A program made the position numbers and the translations under genes. 64,000 nucleotides of DNA from Daphnia carinata (lineage: Eukaryota): contig NC_081332.1 of the NCBI RefSeq assembly GCF_022539665.2, positions 6,944,001-7,008,000 of the forward strand, written 5' to 3'. Positions 11,170 to 22,607 of the stretch are shown here, piece by piece. The notes under the pieces were generated by a model. The model saw only the letters and a program-made list of their open reading frames with translations. It did not search any database and had not been told where the DNA came from. The stretch's first letter is position 1; the number at the start of each line of letters is the position of its first letter.

Positions 11170-13626
11170 CAGTACCTGCCGAAAGTTTCCGGACAGCCGA
11201 GAGAGGCTTATGGAAAACTCGGTTTTTCTTTAAGCTCTTAAAAATACACTAATCATCTGACATAGCTGGTTGTGAAATTGAATTTTTTCCTTAAGATTAG
11301 TTTTTCACATGGTTTTTTTGGGGGAATTTTTCTTACACGGGAAAGGCCCTTTAAAATAGGAGGCAAAAGTTTCCGGACAGTGAAGAGGGCCAAGTAGCAA
11401 ACGGGGCTACTTTGGCTCTCTTTTACGGAAGAAAAAATAGGACGACGAGGGTGGACTACGGTTTAAAAAATAGAGAAGCGTTTATTTAATAATATAACAT
11501 GTGATTTTGCATACCATGCCATATGCAGAATCAGTCTAATTCCTACTTAAAAACGGCAAATTTTAATTTCTAGTCTATTTTCGCTTTCTTCCCAACTAGC
11601 GCAATTGCCAGTTTTCCCTAATTCATACATTTTTAATCATTGAGCGCTAAAATTAAAGTGCGCTACGACTACAACGCAAGCCGCTAGAGGCTCTGGAGTC
11701 AGGGGGCTAGGGTTGAAAAGTGTGGAAAAATTGGAAAACATTTTTGATCGTGATAAATAATGTGAAAATGGATTAAAAAATAATTCTCTTTCATCTTCGA
11801 AGAACTTTTATTAAAGCCTATCTAATGTTTTAAAAACATGGTGTTTTTAATAGCGGGTGTGTCCACCTTTGGCCCTTACAACTGCTTCACATCTTTTCTT
11901 CATAGAAAATATGTACTTTTTCAGGATCTTACGAGGGATGGCATTCCAGGTTTGTTGTACGTTTCTCCATATGGAATCTTGTGATGTGCGTTGACTCTTA
12001 TCTAATTTAGAATCGACATAATCCCACATGGCCTCGATGGGGTTTAGGTCGGGGCTCTGAGGGGGCCATATCATACGCACAATATCACCTAATATAAAAC
12101 ATAATAGTTACTAAATTAACAAAGGAAAACACTATTATGTAGGCAAACCAGATGCTTCCTTTTTGTCCAAATAATTTCGACACAGTTTGGATGAGTGCTT
12201 AGGATCGTTATCCTCTTGAAAAACGAATCCTTTTCCTATTAGGCGTTTACCTTCCGGGAGAGCTGTATGTACCAATATGGAATGATACATCTTTTTGTCC
12301 ATGATGCCCATGATTCGTTTCATTTTTGTGACACCTTGAGTGCATATACCCGCCCACACCATTATGCTACCACCACCGTGTTTCACGGTAGGTGTTAAGC
12401 ACTCTTTTTTAAATCTTTCACCGGGTCGTCTACGAACGAACAATCGTCTTTTGCTCCCGAAAAGTTCAAACTTGGTTTCGTCCGTAAATAGCACTTTCTC
12501 CCATTTTTCCCTTGACCATTTGACATGTTCTTTGGCAAAGGCAAGTCTTTTTTTTATGTTTCTGATAGTTAGTAACGGTTTACGGGCAGAAACTCTTCCG
12601 AAAAGATTCCAGGAATGTAATGCTCTATTAACAACTGAATGACTTACTGGCAATTTTCTTCCGATGTTCATCTCCTCCGTGATGATTCTTAAATCTTTTC
12701 GCCGATCACGAAGAGCACATAGTTTAAGATAGCGCTTATCAGATTGGGTTAGCAATGGAGGACGTCCACTTCTAGGTAAACTTACACAGCTGTTGGTATT
12801 CTTAAATCGTTTTATGGTGTCGTGCACTGTTGATGGTTTTACGGCGGTTAAAGAGCTAATTTGCCTGACGGAAAACTTTAACTTAAAATATGATATAATT
12901 TCACTTCTTTCTTCAATAGAAAGATCTTTCCTTTTTTGGCGATTCATTGTAACAGTGTTGACGGCAAGAAACAATATTGTATACTAGTAAAAAACCAAAC
13001 ATTTTCCTTTTGTTTGACAAAACGTAGCAAAATATTTAAATGAGAGCACCAAAAATGTTTTCCAATTTTTCCGCACTTTTCAACCCTAGCCCCCTGACTC
13101 CAGAGCCTCTAGCGGCTTGCGTTGTAGTCGTAGCGCACTTTAATTTTAGCGCTCAATGATTAAAAATGTATGAATTAGGGAAAACTGGCAATTGCGCTAG
13201 TTGGGAAGAAAGCGAAAATAGACTAGAAATTAAAATTTGCCGTTTTTAAGTAGGAATTAAACTGATTCTGCTTATGGCATGGTATGCAAAATCACATGTT
13301 ATATTATTAAATAAACCCTTCTCTATTTTTTAAACCGCAGTCCACCCTCGTCGTCCTATTTTTTCTTCCGTAAAAGAGAGCCAAAGTAGCCCCGTTTGCT
13401 ACTTGGCCCTCTTCACTGTCCGGAAACTTTTGCCTCCTATTTTAAAGGGCCTTTCCCGTGTAAGAAAAATTCCCCCCAAAAAACCAAGTGAAAAACTAAT
13501 CTTAAGGAAAAAATTCAATTTCACAACCACCTATGTCAGATGATTAGTGTATTTTTAAGAGCTTAAAGAAAAACCGAGTTTTCCATAAGCCTCTCTCGGC
13601 TGTCCGGAAACTTTCGGCAGGTACTG
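11170..13626 (-). mobile_element. Tc1-like DD38E (Intruder-type) DNA transposon, 2457 bp, with 577-bp TIRs and TA TSD
   Basis: TA|CAGTACCTGCC...GGCAGGTACTG|TA. TIRs 11170-11746 and 13050-13626 are nearly identical. AAAGTTTCCGGACAG occurs twice in each TIR. Confidence 0.96.
11847..12947 (-). CDS. DD38E Tc1-family transposase, two exons (12947-12149, 12088-11847)
   Basis: Paired-like HTH with GRPP, then LFTDETKF and FQEDNDPKH. A 60-bp GT..AG intron (12089-12148) joins KKEASG to DIVRMIWPPQSPDLNPIE. Ends in the typical GGHTRY*. Confidence 0.92.
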
Positions 13627-16600
13627 TATAGCTCTAGTATAACGCTAGAATATTTTAGTCCTCACAGTCGGCTACTGCTGCCGGTTAATTCGTTTCGTTA
13701 CGTCGACTTCCCTTAGAGATCCATCAAATAGTATTTCGAGTTTGACGAAATACTCTTCATTGCAATCGATATTTATTCAATACAACGCACGCTGCCTTTG
13801 TCAACCTAAGTCGAAAGGCTTTTCGGTGTTGAAGGAAACATTCTCCGCACAACGAGGAATGGGCTTTCCTATACAAATTTAGAAAAAATGCCTAAAACAA
13901 AACAAGAAAAGAAATGCAAAAATTTACTATTACTTTATTTTTATTGTTGGTCAACTGATAAACTAAATTAGTTTTACTTTTTAAGGTCCAATCTGCAAGA
14001 AATTTTAAGAATCAATGCGAAGGGTGCAATATTTACTACGGTTACCTTTTCTAAATCCACTGCCAGCCCTTCCCAATGTACCTGTAAATAAATTTCATGT
14101 ATGATGCCTTCTCTCCTATTATCTATCCCCAGTAGTGTTGGCAATTCGAATCGGTTTTTGCCTCATTTCCCCATCTCCCTTACTGTACTTAATCTTACAA
14201 TTGATAGTGTTGCTCCCTAATTAATTACAGCCAGCACTTTCCCGACCCCTATACTATCGGAAGTTGGTAAATTTTTCTCGGCGGAAAACCCCACCCGATC
14301 AGCGCCGTTCTGCCCACGTGGAACCGCCTAACCCGTTTCCCGAATTTCCTGCCAATACCGGCTGATGTGCCCAGCAGCGGTGCACCGGTAGCATTTTCGT
14401 GTATCTGGACCGCATGCTCCTCTTCTCTCCGTAGCAAAATGAACTTGGGGCTGTCGACTTCTACTTTCCATTCGATCCAACCTGGCAGTCAGCTCAGTGA
14501 TGGAATCCTCAGATTGAGCCAGAACAGTAGTTAAATCAGCCAGAGGAGAACGGACAGGACTAGGGCAGGATACTGGACAGGTAGACGTGGGTGGTTGGCT
14601 GGAAAAAGGTGGTGAAGATGGAAACGGTTACCCCATTTCTTGTAGTTCGATGCATTCGATAAAAGCCGCAAGCTTGCTGGAGGCGTCGTCATCATGGCAG
14701 CTACATGTTCCCACTCTGCCAAGCCATTTATTAGGAGCGAAACCGATTGTTCTGGGTAAGGGCATACGTAGACTGCCTACAGATCTCTGCAGCTGCCTTT
14801 ACTGTGTAAGCTTTTATTTCTGTAACTTTGTCTTTCTCATAGGCATCACCCGTTGAGCGCGTCAGTGGTGGCTGCAGCTACGCCAATAGAGATTTGAAGG
14901 TATTTGCATGTTAACGTGGTAGCTTGTTTTCCTATCAGAGCGACTGTAGTTTCGCAAAACAGATCACCCGTTCCGTGTCTGGGAGAACGGGCCATGCATC
15001 CGTAAACACGAAGAAGAAAACAAGGTCGTAGCAGGTGGCAGACGCAGGCAAAGTACGTCTCTGCCCGTAGAAACATTGTGGCAAGAAAATGAACCGGGCG
15101 TGGAACAGTTGTGAGGCCGTAAAGAAGATGATGCTGACGGCGCAGCTTTACTATTTACCGTGAATACCGGCCTTGAACGTTTCAGAGCTGTCGGCTTGGT
15201 CCCAACGGCAATTTTCCAAGAAAGTATCTATGCTTTTCGAAATTGCAGCGCCACTATGGAAATTGCATATCTACTAGCTAGAGAAAACGAAGAGGATTAC
15301 TGGATTGGTTCGATTGCATGGCACCAGTTCACGCGTCTAGAGGCTTCGGCTGCAGGAACAGCAGTAAAGAAGTGGGTAATAGTAATGAAAATGTTTCCCG
15401 ATCATTTACTGCTATGAGTACCAGCACGATTCAAGTCAAAGAAATCCTATTTCCGTAATTGCATTAGCAGTGAAAAAAGTCATTCTTCACGGAGATGATT
15501 TTGATCACCAGCTAGGCAGTTTTCCAATTCTGGATGGTAAAAACTCGGACGATGCCGATGAGGACGAGTTGACACGAAAGCAGGAGCTTTAAAATAACCA
15601 TTATTCCCATATTCGCGGATTATTTTAATTTAATTTTAATTTTAATTTTTTAACGGATTATTTTTAAATTTTATTCCCATATGCATCGGAATGGAAAAAA
15701 AAACCACTGTCTACCATTGTTAAAAGTTTTCCTATTTCTTTTTCGTTTTGGAAAGGTAATTCTTTTACAAAGGAAAGCTTCCTAGACATTGCATGCGCTA
15801 CATTCTCCTGTAATACGATAATCGAATGGCCTCCTGCTACCGACTGACGTTTTTTTTTGTTCGATCAGCACCAGCGATATCCCGATTCACGCATCGTTGG
15901 GCAAGAGGGAAATCTGACCAGTGGCGCTCGGAGTTTTTTTTACAAATTGCGGGACGATCCGAATTTCTTACAACGGTTGCAGTTTGCTTCTGATAATCGT
16001 CATCCGGAATCACTCTGTTCGTCAAAGAGCTGAGCCCGCATATTGCTGTCCTTAAGAATACCCTTTTTTAAAGCAGAACGGAAGCACTCACTTTCGAAAA
16101 TTATCGCCATCAAATACTGTCATGGACCGGCAACTATTTTCCTCACGTGATCACTAGACGATATTCACGAACTGAATAATATTCTGAATGGTCTATCTTC
16201 GTTGTCCAACGATTTATTCTATGCAAGTTCCGATGGGTTTTCTCAAGCTTTACAGCGTGGACGCCCTTCATTTCAAGAAACGTCGTTGACCGAATGCAGC
16301 TTGCAGGAATGCTTGGCAAACAATTAGGTGGCGCTGCGGAAAACTTTCGTTTAGTGACCGAAACCTTTTTCAATGTGTTTTTCTCAACCCTCAGCATCAG
16401 CGTTGCAAGAAAACGGTTCCACTGTCAGCAAGACCGCCTAGTTTCTATGGGAAACCAGTTGGTGCTACAAACTACGTTAAGGCGCAAGTGAGAGGAGGCC
16501 TGCACATTCACGCTCTAGGGTGGAACGGCTTGCGTGATTTGATTGTGCGATTTGATTGTGTTACCAGCGTCACTATGTTCTGTCATGTACCCCCATCTAG

Positions 16601-18014
16601 TGTCCTGATCCCATCTCCCCTCGATAGATGGCAGACCGAAAGACAGGCGACGGGGTCGTCTGCTCGCAGTTATGCAAGGAATTTGTTCCCTCGCCGTCTA
16701 CCGAGTGGTCTAAAGAAGGAGCTCTGCAATACTGCTGGCTTCGCTTCGCGAACCCTTAGTGAACTGTGTTATACTTCAAGTGTCGCAAAAATGTGTGTAA
16801 GCAAATATACTTGTTCCGTATATCATTCAGAGTCTTTTTCACCTTCTTTTCCACAGCTATTCGTCCCCATCATCACCTACTTCTCACGTTCTGAGTCCGA
16901 CGCCGGCAACATCCGTAACAACCTACCTTGATTTCGTTGTCAAGGCAAAAACGGATTTGTTTACGCTTGTGTGAGATTAATTAAAGGAATTGAATATCGT
17001 TTAGCTGGAAACAAGACAAAGAGCTGCATTTTTGAGTGCTCAAATCCAACAGCGAATGGCAAAGTTGATTTCGAAAATGATTTTACGCTAACCGTTGCTT
17101 CACGCAATATTCATAAACGTAACAAAACTTGTATGTAAAAATGCCAAAAAAATCACATGCTACGCAACGGATGCCTTTACTTGTTGTTATGAAACTCTTG
17201 TAAGGACTATACATATATTTGCTTATTTCGGATTTAGGTAAACGAAACGTGGTCTTATTGCATGCCGTATCACCTGGGATAGAAAAACGGCAAAGTGGTT
17301 CTGAAAAACGTAAAGCACAAGAAGAAACCAAAAAAATCCACTGGCATGCGACTTACGAATACGAATTCGGTTTCCATCCTGACCATCCGCTGTAAAGTTT
17401 ATACGTACAGCGTATTCAGTCGAAGTTTCTAGTCCCCATTCCGACTCCTCGACCACCGAAATCACTACCGCCCCGTCCTAAAAGACCATCACAGAGAAGG
17501 TAATTTTCCAGATATTAGTGATTTGCGCTAATACTGCATGCCTCAAGGTTCTTCATTATGGCAATTGATATCGCAGCATCTGAATTTTCCATCTGGGGGA
17601 GCAATCGCCCAGCTGTTTGGCGGATGACATGTCGGAAGGCTACCCTACTTCCAACCTATTTCTAGAAAATTTATTCAGAGACCAGAACTCAGTTAATTAT
17701 TTAAATTATTTCGATTTGCTATTGCTATCAATTGATTCTCTTGTTTTTGACAGATTTCAGGTGTAGGGCGTTACATTAGAAGAGAAGTTGAATTTCAATA
17801 TGCAGAGGTCGAAGTCTCATTACCCAGAACTATTTACTTTGAAGCTATACAGCAAACTGTCAATGAAGTTGAAATCATTTGTAAGAAAGCATGTATATTT
17901 TTTTTGTGATTCACAACATCAGGATGCAAAATGCTAAACAACTGAAAAATAAGGTATCGTATGTTGAGATTATGACCACTATGCTAGTAACGATGCCTTG
18001 TCATACGTTCCTCA

Positions 18015-18309
18015 TGTTACGGTTTGAGGGCCATTTGACGCTACTCCCCACCTTGGGTTCTGGATCACGCCACGAATGAAAAACAACAGGTAGTTGTTTG
18101 CTCGTAAAATGGCACTCACACTCAATTAGAAAAATGAAGATGTAGGTCTACTTTTAGTTTTAATACACACACATTTGGTTCACGCAAGTTAACAAAAAGC
18201 ACGCGAAGGTACACCCGCCATCTAGCGGCAGGATATTCACTTAGTCATAAAACACATATAAGGTCTTTTAATAGTAGAAAAGAGGTGCCAGAGGGCAATA
18301 AAGGTAACA
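18015..18309 (-). repeat. 3' LTR of degraded Gypsy element D
   Basis: TGTTAC...GTAACA termini. On the minus strand it is preceded by the purine-rich agaaagggccgag and lies downstream of the integrase C-terminus. Confidence 0.6.
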
Positions 18310-21304
18310 CTCGGCCCTTTCTGAATCAAAGTTGCACAATAACTAATACAAATAAAACAATTACGGTTTTCTGGAACTTCGACATTTCGAAAAAGCCACC
18401 GAAAAAGGGAAAATGAACGAGAAAAGAAAGGAAAAAATTAAAAACAAAAAGGGACAATACTAAAAAAGAGAAAATTTTTGTAACCCTGAGGCTCACTGTT
18501 CTTAGTACACATTGCAAACGAGACACATTAAGACGAAGATGACGAAGATTCGTTGACTGCCACTTCTTCCGACTCGCCCCACCCAGCATCCGATCGAGCG
18601 TGGAAACGGCGGACTTGGCAAACGTGCACGTTAAAATGCCAATGGGATGGTTCCTTCCGCTGAGCCGACAGGTCTTCAACTAGGTAGGTTGTTTGTGACA
18701 ACTTCCTCACTACCTGGAATGGTCCAACAAACTTAGGAAGGAATTTTTTTTAAATTATTTTTTCTGGGCTTCTGGCGGACAGAACGAGGTCACGAAGGAA
18801 AAGCTGGGTTCTAGTTTCTGTGTGCGATCTGCTCTTTCCTTCGTTTAAAGTTGTTTTTCTGAAATTGAACCTCTCAGCCAGAAACGCGCGACAAAAATAT
18901 GGCATGCGGCTCATTTTCGTCCCCTGACCAAAGGAGAAATATTTTCTATTGCCAGAACAGGCGGACGACCATTAACTAATTTAGGCGGCGTGACTTCGGT
19001 TGTGGCTTGACGAGCAGTGTTAATAGCGTAAGTTGCCGCTGCAAATGTAAGTCCGTTCGTAAGTGTAAGTCATGTTCGGCATGAAAGAAGGCGCAAAAGG
19101 CAAGGGTGAGACTACAATTGATTCGCTTGACCAGTTTCTTTCGGTCTTCGGATGTTCCGCAGTAGCCAAAATATGCTTTGTTTTCCAACGCGTTACCCAT
19201 ACGACAAACATCTGTCATGTGATGGCGACCACCCGACCAATTGCGTGTTTGTGGTTTTGGCAGAAAGAACAAGTCTTCAAAAATTTTTCCACTCTACACT
19301 ATTCAGCCGTGGCCACCAAAATCGACTTTTAATTTAAAACGAGTTCTTTCCACACCCTGGTGCCCAGTTGCACTCTATGCAGGATAGAGGGAACAACAAG
19401 GAGTAACTTCTTGCTACAGTGTTTGTTTCTTTTATACAAGACATTTTTACGGGTAACAAAATCTTCGGAAATTTTACAAGTTGTAGGGACGTCTAACGCT
19501 AAAAATATTTTTTCGTAGCTGGCTGTTGTTGTCTTGGCGTCTTGTTGTTGCAAAAGGGCGGGCTCTCGTGAAGCAAAACCCACATATGGTTCTTTTACAG
19601 CGAATAGTAGAAGCGACGTTGAGCGAATAGACAGCGTGGAGTTATCTGTCTCAATAATCTCAATAACTCAATAAATTGTCTTCCTTAAACGTAGGCACGC
19701 AATTTCGTGACCGCCCAAACCACCGCCAAACACTCAAATTCGTTGGTGTGATACCGTATTTCAGACACCCTTCTGTTAATGAAAGTCACAGGTCGGTGTC
19801 CTTCACCAGCATCTAGCGTCAACACTACTGCAAGACCATTCTGATTTGCGTCGGTCGGAATGGTGACTTCCAAAGCGTCATCGAAATGAGCCAGAACAGG
19901 AGCATTCGTAAGATGCGTATAGCCTGCTGTTCTTTGTGCCTTCGTGACATTCCGTCCACCTCCAATCAGCATTCTTTTTGAGGAAAGCGTGTAAATGAAG
20001 AGCCAATGACGCAAAATCTGAAACAATCCGTCGATAATACGACTCAAGTCCAAAAAATCCTCGGAATGATTGAAAATTCGTAACAGTCATGGAAGTCAAG
20101 GCCAATGCGCGCACTTTTGCGCCTCCGGGTGGATTCCTTCCGCATCAATTTCGGGTCCTAGACCGAACACATTGGTGGCGCAAAAAACGCATATCTCAAT
20201 GTTAAGAGACAAATTTGCTTGCTCTAGAGCTGTTAATGCCAACTCTAGACGTGCCAAGTGCTCTTCAAACGATCGGCCAAACACCAAGATATCGTCTAAA
20301 TAAACTAGGCACATGTGCCACTTCAAGCAGACCAAAACTCTGTCCATCAAACGTTGGAGCGACGCCGGAGCATTGCTCAAACTAAACGGTAGACGTTCAA
20401 GTTGTTAGAGACCATCTGGAGTGGCAAAAACCCTCTTCATTTGGTCCTCCAACGCTACAGGCATCTACCAATATCCACTGACTAGATCGAAACACGAAAA
20501 AAAGTGAGCACCGGCTAGCGTGTCCAAGGCATCGTCGATCCGAGGTAACAGATAAAGTTTGCGTTTTGCATCCGAATTAAGACGCCGAAAATCAACCCAA
20601 AAACGATAGTCACCAAAATGTTCCTTGCGAACTAAAACGAGGAATGACCTTCATGGGCTAAACGATTCTTTGGCTGCACCGTGTTCCAGCATCTCTTCAA
20701 TCTTGTCAGCGATAATCTGACGTCTGAACGCCGACATTCGATATGGGACTGATTTGACCGGACGCGCATTTCCCGTGTCGATATGATGCAGAACTTTGTG
20801 CGACGGTTGTGTGACCAAAATCTCGTTTAGACGACAGGAAGCATTTTCGTCGACGCTCAAGCATAATCAGCAACTTTTCTCGTAGGCCAGAATCTACTCA
20901 TTCCCCAAAGAACGGTGGCGCATACCTTAGGTGCCCCGTCTGTCAAGGTAGACAACACGGCGTCTTCGTTTACCTCAACGGCGCAAAAAAAAAATGCCAG
21001 CGCTTCAGTTTCAATTATGCAGGAAAATATTTTGCAAGCGGTATCTTCGTCAGTCCTCTATTTACAGTGACGACACTCGCAGGTAATTCCCACTCTTTCC
21101 CGGGTTCCAGCAAGATTGAACTTTGCGAAAGCTGTACCCAAGATATTCGACGACAATCTCCCCTTTACAAAGACTAGCGAGTTGTGTGGAACTACCTGGT
21201 GCCCATCTGCCTTAACGGACATTCAACCACGTCGCTTCGATGGCGACTGTTCCGTGAAAGACTCTATGAGACCGTTGCTGACGTCGACGTCTTTTTCATT
21301 CCTC
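18310..21304 (-). pseudogene. Degraded Gypsy element D, pol portion (RT-RH-IN)
   Basis: Fragments HHIDTGNARPV..PYR, CLVYLDDILVFG, TDANQNGLAVVL..YHTNEFECLAVVWA, TAEHPKT and FNVHVCQVRRF, with many stops and frameshifts. Confidence 0.9.
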
Positions 21305-21507
21305 TGTAAAGTTTCCAAATCCCGTGTACTTGCAGTGAGTTGCCGAAACAACTCCGCCTTACATGTTACAATCATGCAGTACTTATACTACTAAAGGATA
21401 CAGATATTGAAGGTAAAGTGGGAGGAGATAAGTCCACTTTCAGTTGTAAAACGCTTGAGGAATGTATGAGGTGTGGCTTCCTTTGGATAGCCTTTGGGCT
21501 CGTTACA
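21305..21507 (-). repeat. 3' LTR of element A
   Basis: TGTAAAG...CGTTACA, 203 bp, with an adjacent PPT (aagaggggaaggaa on the minus strand). About 11 mismatches to 51583-51785 by eye. Confidence 0.95.
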
Positions 21508-21775
21508 TTCCTTCCCCTCTTCGATAAGAAGAATTGGTCTTCTAATTTGCATGTTCCGTCACCAACTACATTCGTTGCTATGGGCAAATAAAATAACTGG
21601 TTCCTCCACCTAAGATTTATGGAAAAGAATTGTAGGTAATTTTAATAAAGTTGCTGGCGTATTGTCTTCTCTCTTTTCGTCTCTTATTCTTGCTTTTCTT
21701 TCTGCCCGGTATTTCGGCTATGCTGATTATGGCTTGTTCATTTCCCTCGCGGCTGTATTGTTGATGTTCCTTTCT

Positions 21776-22297
21776 TTAAGTTTTAGTCAGGGAATTACTG
21801 TTATGTTTTAGTTCCCATTTTTGGAATATGGTTTGCGCTCTTGTGCTGCATGTTTCTGATTCAGCCGCGTGTCCATGAGAATCTTTTATTCCTGCATCTG
21901 CTCCGTGTAGCAGTAAAATCTCGATCATGTCGATTCGGTTGAATCCGGTTGCTACGTGTAAGGCGGTTTCGCCTGAGTCGTCTTGTTGGTTGATATTGAT
22001 GATTCTCTTTGCGCAAATTTGGGTGGCCAGATCTTCTAGGCCATACATGGCTAAATAATGCAGAACGATTCTGCCGTCAGGTGTTGCAATGTTGATGTTA
22101 GTTGGTGTCCATATTAACTTTGAACATTCTTGGTTTTTGTGTGAGATTGCCAACATTAAGGGAGTTTCTCCGTTGTAGTTGCGAGCTGTAAATTCGCAGT
22201 TGTTATGTTTTAGGATCCTAAGTAACAGTAGATCATTTTCGGCCGCTGCGATATGGCCAATTGTTTTTCCGTGGTAGAGGTTCTCCAGCGCGAGCAC
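21776..22297 (-). CDS. Ankyrin-repeat protein carried between env and the 3' LTR of element A (5' end degraded or uncertain)
   Basis: Four ANK repeats: GKTIGHIAA, GETPLMLAI, GRIVLHYLA, GETALHVAT...LLLHGAD. Intronless and in the same orientation as the element. Confidence 0.88.
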   Translation of the reverse strand: MLALENLYHGKTIGHIAAAENDLLLLRILKHNNCEFTARNYNGETPLMLAISHKNQECSKLIWTPTNINIATPDGRIVLHYLAMYGLEDLATQICAKRIININQQDDSGETALHVATGFNRIDMIEILLLHGADAGIKDSHGHAAESETCSTRAQTIFQKWELKHNSNSLTKT

Positions 22298-22607
22298 GAT
22301 GAAGAGATGTTGCCGTTTACAAGAATTTTAGAAAAACATTTTGTTTTCGAGCATAATTATATGGATACTGATGCTCCTGATGATTTTGTTATTGATTTCT
22401 GAGTCTGTTAGTTTTCTAGTTGTGTTATTCGGAAATACAAAATTGTTGTTTGAGTTTGGTTGTTTTGTTTGTTTTTACTATAAATTTTTCAAGTATTAGA
22501 TAGTGGCTGGGAGGGTGCTAATTTATTATGGAATTGCCTATAGCGGCAATATTGACTTGTTAGCGGATCATTGTTAATGGACTTCACTTTCAATAACCTT
22601 GGAGATT

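Noticed and set aside
14130..17900. Degraded transposase or FLYWCH-like fragments and short ORFs
   Set aside because: No diagnostic motif series, termini or TSD found. Left unannotated.
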